Assembly (NCBI GenBank): GCA_963849325.1
Contig: CAWKHF010000012.1
Location: 192,001-256,000, forward strand
DNA from: an uncultured Planctomycetota bacterium
Lineage (GTDB): Bacteria; Planctomycetota; Planctomycetia; Gemmatales; Gemmataceae
Direction of reading: 5' to 3'
Length of the DNA stretch: 64,000 nucleotides
Under the pieces are notes generated by a model. The model was not told the origin of the DNA and did not search any database. It saw nothing but the letters and a program-made list of their open reading frames with translations. The position numbers were made by a program, and so were the translations under genes. Each line of letters opens with the position of its first letter. Position 1 is the first letter of the stretch. Below are positions 47,146 through 54,650 of this stretch, piece by piece.

Positions 47146-48639
47146 TTATTGAGGGAACTTTCCCGAAGCTCCAGGGCCATAGGGAGGAGTTGGCGGCTTA
47201 GGAATTACTGCGTTTTTGAGAGCGTCTGGCGTCACATTCACCACACTTACATGACCCGGTGGAGTCGTCAAGCTTCCAGGCACTCCATCTGGAATTACCG
47301 ATCCAGGTGGTAGTTTGGAGGTATCAATCGCCATGTAATCCTGGCCGGGACGAAGAACAGGCCGTTGACCACCGAGCGGACCCGGTGTACCCGGTTGAAT
47401 CGGGTTGCTCAATGAATCTCTGAAAGACAAGTGACCGCCGTCTTGAGGACGTGGTGTGAGATTAGACGGGCTGGGCCGCCCCTCTCGATAGATGATCGGT
47501 GGTGTCTCGCCCGTCGCTGGCGGTACTGGAGCGGCGGGTTGACGGCCGCGGAAGAAACTGCGGCCACCCTTAAGGACGACAGGCGCCGCTATCACTGCTG
47601 CCTGAAGAGCGGCATCTCCCAGCATCTGACGCTGCTGCGCTTGCGTCAAGCCCAGATGACGACCCGTCGCCAAGTCCTCTCCCGTCCAACCCGTGTACGC
47701 CGCGCTCACTCCCGTCGCGTCGGCCAAACCGCCCCCCAGCGATTGCAGCACCGACTGACCCTGATTGAAACCACGATCCGCCGCGCTGGACAACGCCGAC
47801 ACCGCCAGCATCCCCATGCCCACCGCGAACAGCACCGGACCAACGCCCGGAACCAACAAGGCCACCGCACCCAAACCTATGCCCGCACCAACCATCGCCA
47901 CCGTCTTCCAACTGGGGAAGTAATCGATGAACGTCTGCCAGCCGCTCTGCGGCGGCGGCGGATTGACCTGGGCGATGACCGGATCGTCCAGCGAACGCAG
48001 GGCATCGGTATCGCGCTGCTGCTGGGCGCTTTGCACGTTGGCGTTGACCTGCTTCTGCACCTGATTGAGCAGCGCCGCCCGCTGCGTGTCGGCCAGGCTA
48101 ATGCTCTGGGTCGTCTGGTCGGCGTTCTTGGCCTGGGCATCGCTGACGGAAGCGTTGACGGCGGCGACGATGGCGGCGGGTGCTGGCGCGACTTCGGCCT
48201 GCACTTGCCCAGCAGCGGCGTCGGCCGCCGCCTGGATGGCGGCATCGGCGGCCGACGCTTTCTGAACAACGCTGTCATGGCCGACGGTGGCCACTTGGGT
48301 ATCATGCGTTTGGGCGGCGCTGGCGTCCTTATCCTGTTGGTTCTTCTGGTCCTGGGCGATCTGATCGTTGCCGCTCTTGACGGCGGCGTCCTGGTTGTGG
48401 GCGGCCTGATCGTCGGAGGCGTCCTGGTTGTGGGCCGCCTGATCGTCGGCGGCGTCCACGGCTTTCTGATCGGCGGCGGTGGGGGCCTCGGTTTTCTCCC
48501 AGGCGTCGGCGGCGTCCTGGTCGGCGTTGGCGTCGGTGACGGCGGCAGTCGCTTCGTCGTTGTCGTGAGCGGCGGCATCGAGCGTGGCGGCGTGCTCGTC
48601 CGCTTGCCAGGTGATGTTTACGGCCGTTAAATACGTCAT
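47146..48639 (-). CDS. Polymorphic toxin cassette E (partial stalk, TM/PT-TG-like block, unique C-terminal domain)
   Basis: Shares the stalk and WKTVAMVG...GEDLATGRHLGL block with A, B and D. Unique tail IYREG..NLTPRP..LSF..IDTSKL..GHVSV. Confidence 0.85.
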   Translation of the reverse strand: MTYLTAVNITWQADEHAATLDAAAHDNDEATAAVTDANADQDAADAWEKTEAPTAADQKAVDAADDQAAHNQDASDDQAAHNQDAAVKSGNDQIAQDQKNQQDKDASAAQTHDTQVATVGHDSVVQKASAADAAIQAAADAAAGQVQAEVAPAPAAIVAAVNASVSDAQAKNADQTTQSISLADTQRAALLNQVQKQVNANVQSAQQQRDTDALRSLDDPVIAQVNPPPPQSGWQTFIDYFPSWKTVAMVGAGIGLGAVALLVPGVGPVLFAVGMGMLAVSALSSAADRGFNQGQSVLQSLGGGLADATGVSAAYTGWTGEDLATGRHLGLTQAQQRQMLGDAALQAAVIAAPVVLKGGRSFFRGRQPAAPVPPATGETPPIIYREGRPSPSNLTPRPQDGGHLSFRDSLSNPIQPGTPGPLGGQRPVLRPGQDYMAIDTSKLPPGSVIPDGVPGSLTTPPGHVSVVNVTPDALKNAVIPKPPTPPYGPGASGKFPQ

Positions 48640-48654
48640 CAGTGGCAGTCTACG

Positions 48655-49050
48655 CTATGATGCGCCCCAACCTGTTCCTTCGCAGATTTCACAGCGTACC
48701 TCATCATTCATACCCGTTCCAAAACAGACCGGACATTGGAACTTTAAGGACTGAAGCCCTCCTTCTATGCCCTGCCCCACAATAAAGACGGCTTTGTGTA
48801 GACACCCGTCTGCGTCGTAGAACTGAACTTCCACACGGCGGGGGTGTTCCACAATACTGACTACTTCAGAGACCTCAGATACCCTGTTGACAAAGTCAAC
48901 TGGGTCGAAGTCGCCTGCCAAAAACGGAGTTAACTTTTGCTTGAAATCCGACGGTTCGCCTCCTTCCGGCTTCGGCCAGATCGCAACAATCTTCCTTAGT
49001 CGCTCAATATAGTTACCAGTGTTTGGCTCCAAGTGGTCGTGCATGGTCAT
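48655..49050 (-). CDS. Candidate immunity protein for cassette D
   Basis: Starts 2 nt after the toxin stop codon. C-terminal CPVCFGTG...CEICEGTG. Confidence 0.7.
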   Translation of the reverse strand: MTMHDHLEPNTGNYIERLRKIVAIWPKPEGGEPSDFKQKLTPFLAGDFDPVDFVNRVSEVSEVVSIVEHPRRVEVQFYDADGCLHKAVFIVGQGIEGGLQSLKFQCPVCFGTGMNDEVRCEICEGTGWGAS

Positions 49051-49052
49051 GA

Positions 49053-51782
49053 TTATTTCAAGCTCCCTCCATACTGCTGCAACGCCGCCTCGATTCTTTC
49101 CAGTGCATCTGGCACCTGATCAAGGAACCGGAAACGCGGATCGTTCTTGAACAGGTTGGCTACGTCCTGGACATTACCTCGCGCTGAAGCGGCTTTAGCA
49201 GGCAGCGTCTTACTGAGGATTACATCGATGTTCTTATTCAGTTCAGCGATCTGGGTAGGTGTCAACTTGGCACCGGCAGGTAGAGCCTTGATTCCTTTGA
49301 TGACTTGTGGATCAGGCATCGCTCCCTTTGAACCAGAGGAGCCGGCCTGATGGCCATTGGTGTTATGACTCCAGACGGCGAAGCCCCAATCGTCACCACC
49401 CACGAAATACGTCTGCAACTCCCGCACGCGGAAATTATAGACACGCACCACCGCGCCGGCATCCACCATGTCCTCGACCATCACCGGCTCACCGCTCAGC
49501 GTCTGGATCATATCTCCACGACGCAACGACCACGCCAGCACCCAACCACGACCCGGCACGTAAAACGGATGCTCCCCCGTCGGACGCAACTCCCGACCAC
49601 CCACCGTCAGACGCACCACCGGCGCCAAGCGGACAAACACCTCCTCCACCACCTGCTCCACCACCGCAGCCGACGGATTGTACTGATCGCGGCTGAGGAC
49701 ACGGTCGCCGATCAGGATACGCTCAATCGCCTTGCAGCCGTACAGCAGACGAATCAGCGTCCCCGCCACGAAACAGGCCGTCTGCACCTGCGCCTGCTGA
49801 GCACTACCGGCCTTGCCAGCGTTGCTGCCCGCACTCGACTGCGGCGGCGTCGGCGGCTCGGTCGTCCCCTTCTGCGCCGCCGGCTGACGGCCACGCAGGA
49901 AGGAACGAGCACCGCGGACACCACCGTACAACAGCAATCCCGTCTGAATCGTGCCCTCCGTCAACATCTGACGTTGCTGCGCCGCCGTCAAGCCCAGATG
50001 ACGACCCGTCGCCAGGTCCTCTCCCGTCCAACCCGTGTACGCCGCACTGACCCCCGTGGCATCCGCCAAACCGCCCCCCAGCGATTGCAACACCGTCTGA
50101 CCCTGGTTGAAACCGCGATCCGCCGCGCTGGACAACGACGACACCGCCAGCATCCCCATGCCCACCGCGAACAGCACCGGACCAACGCCCGGAACCAACA
50201 AGGCCACCGCACCCAGACCCACGCCCACACCGACCATCGCCACCGTCTTCCAACTGGGGAAGAAATCGAGGAACGTCTGCCAGCCGCTCTGCGGCGGCGG
50301 CGGATTGACTTGCGCGATCACCAGGTCATCCAGCGAACGCGCCGCATCGATGTCGCGTCCCTGCTGGGCGCTTTGCACGTTGGCGTTGACCTGGTTCTGC
50401 ACTTGCGTGAGTAGCGCCGCCCGCTGTGTGTCGGCCACGTCGATGCTCTTGGCGGTTTGATCGGCGTTTTTGGCTTGGGCATCGCTGAGTGCGGCGTTGA
50501 CGGCGGCGACGAGGGCGGCGGGGGCCGGCGCGACTTCGGCCTGCACTTGCCCAGCAGCGGCGTCGGCCGCCGCCTGGATGGCGGCATCGGCTGCCGACGC
50601 TTTCTGGACGACGCTGTCGTGAGAGACGGTGGCTACCTGCGTATCGTGCGCTTGCGCGGCGTCGGCGTCCTTGTTCTGTTGGTTCTTCTGGTCCTGGGCG
50701 ATCTGATCGTTGCCGCTCTTGACGGCGGCGTCCTGGTTGTGGGCCGCCTGGTCGTCGGCGGCGTCCACGGCTTTCTGGTCGGCAGCGGCGGCGGGGGCCT
50801 CGGTCTTTTCCCAGGCGTCGGCGGCGCCCTGGTCGGCGTTCGCGTCGGTGACGGCGGCTGTCGCTTCATCGTTGTCGTGAGCGGCCGCATCAACGGTGGC
50901 CGCGTGCTCGTCTGCTTGCCAGGCCGTGTCCACCGCCGTCACGTCATCGGCGGCGGCCTGCGCTTCATCGTGGGCGTCGGCCACGGCGGCGTCGGCCTCG
51001 GTCTGGACGGCGACCTGAGCGTTGGCATCTTCGGCGTCGGACTCGGCGTCATCGGCCTTGGCCTCGGCCACCGTCTTGTCCGTCTCGGCGTTGTAGTCGG
51101 CCTCGGCATCAGCCACGTCCGCCGCGGCATCGCTGGCCGTGCCCTGGACCCAGGCGGCCATCTCCACGTCCAGCAAGTGCGCGTAGCGCGTGCCGGTCTG
51201 CTCGGCCCAGCTATGCACGTCGCTGCCGGCGGCCGACAACACGGCATCCACCTGCTGCTGCCACGCCGACATCTCGGCGTTGTTGCAGGCTTCGTTATCT
51301 TGCCGCGCCGCATCCAACGCGGCACTATCGGCAGCCGTGGTCTCTTGATCCCATTGTACGGCGGCGGCCGCATCGGCCAGTTGCTGCTGCTCCCAGGCCG
51401 CATCCACGGTGTCCGTCCAGGCCACGCCTGCCGCGGCATCCGCCTCGTCCTGGGCCACATCGGCGGCGCTGGCCGCGTCGTCCAGGGCCACGCCCGCCGC
51501 CGTCACTGCCGCGATGTACGGCGCATACGCCGCCGCGTTGGTCTGCTCCTCGGCGGAGGTCGCCGCCTCGTAGCTGTCCGTCCACGTCTGCTCGGCGTCG
51601 GCCAGGGCATCGTCGCATTGCTTCTGGGCGTCGGCGATGGCGTCGTCACGCACCTGCGCCGCCGCGTCCACGGTGTCGGCCAACGCCTGATCGGCAGTGG
51701 ACAGGGCGTCGGCCAGCGTCTTCTTGGCCGCCGTCATGCCCTGGTCATAGGTCCGCTCATTGTCGGCCTGAGCGTCGGCCAA
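49053..51782 (-). CDS. Polymorphic toxin cassette D (stalk, TM block, HINT, helical C-terminal domain)
   Basis: HINT from CFVAGT (49775) through TGEHPFYV to VYNFRV...WSHN (49362). Begins mid-stalk. Confidence 0.88.
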   Translation of the reverse strand: MADAQADNERTYDQGMTAAKKTLADALSTADQALADTVDAAAQVRDDAIADAQKQCDDALADAEQTWTDSYEAATSAEEQTNAAAYAPYIAAVTAAGVALDDAASAADVAQDEADAAAGVAWTDTVDAAWEQQQLADAAAAVQWDQETTAADSAALDAARQDNEACNNAEMSAWQQQVDAVLSAAGSDVHSWAEQTGTRYAHLLDVEMAAWVQGTASDAAADVADAEADYNAETDKTVAEAKADDAESDAEDANAQVAVQTEADAAVADAHDEAQAAADDVTAVDTAWQADEHAATVDAAAHDNDEATAAVTDANADQGAADAWEKTEAPAAAADQKAVDAADDQAAHNQDAAVKSGNDQIAQDQKNQQNKDADAAQAHDTQVATVSHDSVVQKASAADAAIQAAADAAAGQVQAEVAPAPAALVAAVNAALSDAQAKNADQTAKSIDVADTQRAALLTQVQNQVNANVQSAQQGRDIDAARSLDDLVIAQVNPPPPQSGWQTFLDFFPSWKTVAMVGVGVGLGAVALLVPGVGPVLFAVGMGMLAVSSLSSAADRGFNQGQTVLQSLGGGLADATGVSAAYTGWTGEDLATGRHLGLTAAQQRQMLTEGTIQTGLLLYGGVRGARSFLRGRQPAAQKGTTEPPTPPQSSAGSNAGKAGSAQQAQVQTACFVAGTLIRLLYGCKAIERILIGDRVLSRDQYNPSAAVVEQVVEEVFVRLAPVVRLTVGGRELRPTGEHPFYVPGRGWVLAWSLRRGDMIQTLSGEPVMVEDMVDAGAVVRVYNFRVRELQTYFVGGDDWGFAVWSHNTNGHQAGSSGSKGAMPDPQVIKGIKALPAGAKLTPTQIAELNKNIDVILSKTLPAKAASARGNVQDVANLFKNDPRFRFLDQVPDALERIEAALQQYGGSLK

Positions 51783-51830
51783 CGCCTGGTCAGCATCCGC
51801 GGCGGTGTCCAGGCACGTAGGATTGGGCCG

Positions 51831-52325
51831 TCACACTTCAACTAGAATTGTCGAAAACCTCTCTTGCACTCCGCTTTCCGTGTTTGCGACGAATGTAAAT
51901 TTCGTCTCCCCAAGGGGTATACAGACTGGGGCGCCTGTCGCACGAAGATCAGATCCAGAAACCGGCTGGTATCTGACTTGATCGAAGGGATGCTCCTGGG
52001 TCGAGAAACCGACAAATACCTTATAACCATCGAGCTGTGGGGTGGTTTCCACAACCTCGATGAAACTCTTGCCATCATAAGACGGGTAGACTGTACCGTA
52101 TTCCGGTGTGGCGAGATCATCTTGATGTTCAGTAGAGAACAGAATCGACCGCAGAACCATGTTCTTGTAAAGGCTCTGGGCAATCTCATCCCAGTCGTCA
52201 TACGCTTCCTCATCCCGCCAAGGAATCCTCCCCCTTTCCATATAAGGAATCAAGGCCACAAGAGCGTCACGAAAATTTAGCATCAGATGGTGGACAGAAG
52301 TAGTCCACCGTTCTCCACCAGCCAT
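51831..52325 (-). CDS. Candidate immunity protein for cassette C
   Basis: TAATG stop/start overlap with the toxin. Lower GC. Confidence 0.72.
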   Translation of the reverse strand: MAGGERWTTSVHHLMLNFRDALVALIPYMERGRIPWRDEEAYDDWDEIAQSLYKNMVLRSILFSTEHQDDLATPEYGTVYPSYDGKSFIEVVETTPQLDGYKVFVGFSTQEHPFDQVRYQPVSGSDLRATGAPVCIPLGETKFTFVANTESGVQERFSTILVEV

Positions 52326-52912
52326 TAGGAACCTCCGAATAGTTTGTCGATGAAGTCCAATTCTTCTGGTGTAGGAGGCCGCTTCGGCCCAAAACCCTGA
52401 CCGGGGGTAACCGGCTTCACTCGGTCCTTGGTGATGTCAAGGATGACCTGGCCTTTATCGTCCGTGACATAGACACGTCCCTTCGATCCTTTGATCAAAC
52501 TATTCGGGGGACCGGTAAGGTTCTTAACTTGTGAGCCGCTACGGCCACCGCTCAGGGCAGGCAGGTCTGGTCTCGGTGTCGCCCCACCCTGTGGAGCAGG
52601 CGAGCCAGCCTCGTGTCCATTAGTGTTATGGCTCCAGACGGCGAAGCCCCAATCGTCGCCACCCACGAAATACGTCTGCAACTCCCGCACGCGGAAATTA
52701 TAGACGCGCACCACCTCGCCGGTGTCCACCATGTCCTCGACCAGCACCGGCTCGCCGCTCAGCGTCTGAATCACGTCGCCACGACGCAACGACCACGCCA
52801 GCACCCAACCGCGACCCGGCACGTAGAAGGGATGTTCGCCCGTCGGACGCAATTCCCGACCACTCACCGTCAGACGCACCACCGGCGCCAAGCGAACAAA
52901 CACCTCCTCCAC
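52325..52912 (-). CDS. Orphan toxin cassette C (5'-truncated HINT plus unique C-terminal domain)
   Basis: The HINT portion is nearly identical to that of cassette D. Tail GGRSG..VKNLTGPPNS..GRVYVTDDKG..DITKDRVK. Confidence 0.85.
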   Translation of the reverse strand: MEEVFVRLAPVVRLTVSGRELRPTGEHPFYVPGRGWVLAWSLRRGDVIQTLSGEPVLVEDMVDTGEVVRVYNFRVRELQTYFVGGDDWGFAVWSHNTNGHEAGSPAPQGGATPRPDLPALSGGRSGSQVKNLTGPPNSLIKGSKGRVYVTDDKGQVILDITKDRVKPVTPGQGFGPKRPPTPEELDFIDKLFGGS

Positions 52913-53027
52913 TACGGGAGAAAATGATCGAAAAACGTTTAAGGCCTTAATAATATCCTGATTAATTTTATACTTTTACGATGCTTTTTATAAATTTTTT
53001 CCCGTCCTTGATACTTTTCTGGTCATC

Positions 53028-53399
53028 TTATGTCCCAGCATTCTTCTCAGCACGAAATTGCAGCCACCTAGATGCATCAACTTCATCTGCTTCAATAAAA
53101 GGTTCTCGGGGTTCAAAATGATCGAACGGGGAGGATGGCTCGCTTCGGCAGCATGGAACATCGCCGTTCTTGTAGCCAGTAGGTTTCTTTGATTGTAGAA
53201 ACGTACATCCCTCGCTCACGCTTAGATTCCATTCAAATAGCGCGTTGACCCACCACCAGCAATATCGCCTCGGGCATCCAGCCGGAGGAATCTGCGCGGC
53301 CAGAGCTAGGTCACTTTTTGTTAACCCCCGTTCAGCAAGGGAAAGACGGTGTTCGCTCATCGCATTCTCTCCATCTCGATCAAGATTTGCATTATTCAT
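53028..53399 (-). CDS. Cys/Trp-rich hypothetical protein, candidate orphan immunity gene
   Basis: Lower-GC ORF co-oriented within the toxin array. Confidence 0.5.
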   Translation of the reverse strand: MNNANLDRDGENAMSEHRLSLAERGLTKSDLALAAQIPPAGCPRRYCWWWVNALFEWNLSVSEGCTFLQSKKPTGYKNGDVPCCRSEPSSPFDHFEPREPFIEADEVDASRWLQFRAEKNAGT

Positions 53400-53546
53400 C
53401 GTTCAACCCTCATGGCAGTAAAGTAGACCCAGGAAAGACAATCTTTCCCCCGATAACACTACCGTCAGGATCGATCCAATAATGCCACTCGACCTGCCGG
53501 CCGGATTCGTCCAGGAATACCTCGAAGACCTTTTGAGTTCCTGGCC

Positions 53547-53767
53547 GAATGGCGCTGACTTAAGAAGCAAGTGCTTCTTAAATAAAGACTTAGGACTTTG
53601 ACCTTTCGGTAGGAACAGGTAGAGAACATTTGTTTACTTCTACTCTGCGCCCGATGAATTACGCCGCCCACGGAAGTCGCTGATTGGTTGGCTAGCCGCC
53701 AGAAAGCCGCCCAGGACAACGTAAGGACTGAAAAGGCTTATGTTTGCGCCTTAAGTCAGCGCCATTC
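53547..53767. mobile_element. 221-bp MITE with IS4-like ends
   Basis: Perfect 18-bp IRs GAATGGCGCTGACTTAAG, resembling the IRs of the IS at 44762. No transposase. Confidence 0.85.
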
Positions 53768-53824
53768 AGTCCCGACCCCCTTTCCGACCCCCTTTCTTCT
53801 CCCCTTTTCTTCTCCGCCTGCTGG

Positions 53825-54214
53825 TCAGTCCTCTTCCCAGGCGATGTTAGCAGGTAAATGCCGCGTCCTGAAGAAATATCTAACGGCTTCACGAGCGGTA
53901 TCAAATGGGATGGCGTGCTGAATGGGGAACTCAGACCATTGGTCCATGAAATGGAAGACAACGGTTCCTTCTCCCGTTAGATCGCCAACGCTGGATAGGT
54001 ACGGCGGTTCGCCTGAACCAGAGACATAATTGAGCACGCTCAAATCCCGGCCAACTCCGATCGCAAGCGATCCACCATTCTCAGGAGCTTCGACGGAGAC
54101 AAGTACAGCTCGGTCGCCCTGGTATTTGGCGTGCAAGTCATCCAACAACGCATCAAGCTCGGATAGCGAGGATATTTCTTTCTCGCCATCCTCTGACCAT
54201 TGCACTTTCCACAT
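53825..54214 (-). CDS. Imm1-like immunity protein (second copy)
   Basis: LAIGVG..SVLNY..GEPPYLSS..VFHFMDQWSEFP..AREAVRYFF..LP..IAWEED. Confidence 0.78.
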   Translation of the reverse strand: MWKVQWSEDGEKEISSLSELDALLDDLHAKYQGDRAVLVSVEAPENGGSLAIGVGRDLSVLNYVSGSGEPPYLSSVGDLTGEGTVVFHFMDQWSEFPIQHAIPFDTAREAVRYFFRTRHLPANIAWEED

Positions 54215-54245
54215 GGTCACTATAAAGGCAGTCATGAGACAGTTT

Positions 54246-54650
54246 CTAAAACTCCTCCCAAGCAACGGCAGGACTGCGGCCACCCGTTTCCATGAAATAA
54301 GCGATGATTTGGTTTATTCGCTCAGGCGAAAGGCCGTATCGTCTATCGATCGGTGTGGCCGTACCCCCAACCACAAACTCCATGTCGCCGGCATGCGACT
54401 TCACTCCGGTCGGGCTAACTGCCATCCTATATGGAGGGGTTCCGTCGCTAGGGGCGTACTGAACACAACCAATATCAACCCCCAACCCCACTGTCAGAGT
54501 GATACCGTTATCGCCAATCAATTCACACATGAAGGGCGACCTAGAACAGCGCAACTCATTCAGCAAACCAACGATCTGTAGGGGGTTGGTAAAGCTCTCA
54601 TCGTTTCGCGGGTTGTCACGATCTTCCAAGTCCTGAAATGTTACTTTCAT
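54246..54650 (-). CDS. Imm1-like immunity protein, cognate to the deaminase toxin
   Basis: ATGA overlap with the toxin stop. LTVGLG..GCVQY..PPY..FVVGGTATPI..YFMETGGRS..VAWEEF. Confidence 0.8.
   Translation of the reverse strand: MKVTFQDLEDRDNPRNDESFTNPLQIVGLLNELRCSRSPFMCELIGDNGITLTVGLGVDIGCVQYAPSDGTPPYRMAVSPTGVKSHAGDMEFVVGGTATPIDRRYGLSPERINQIIAYFMETGGRSPAVAWEEF

Noticed and set aside
49362-49775. HINT domains as classical inteins in a housekeeping gene
   Set aside because: They sit before variable toxin tips and have no homing endonuclease, which fits pre-toxin HINT domains.
53465-53961. Short ORFs crossing the MITE
   Set aside because: They span the element's boundaries and have no recognisable motifs.
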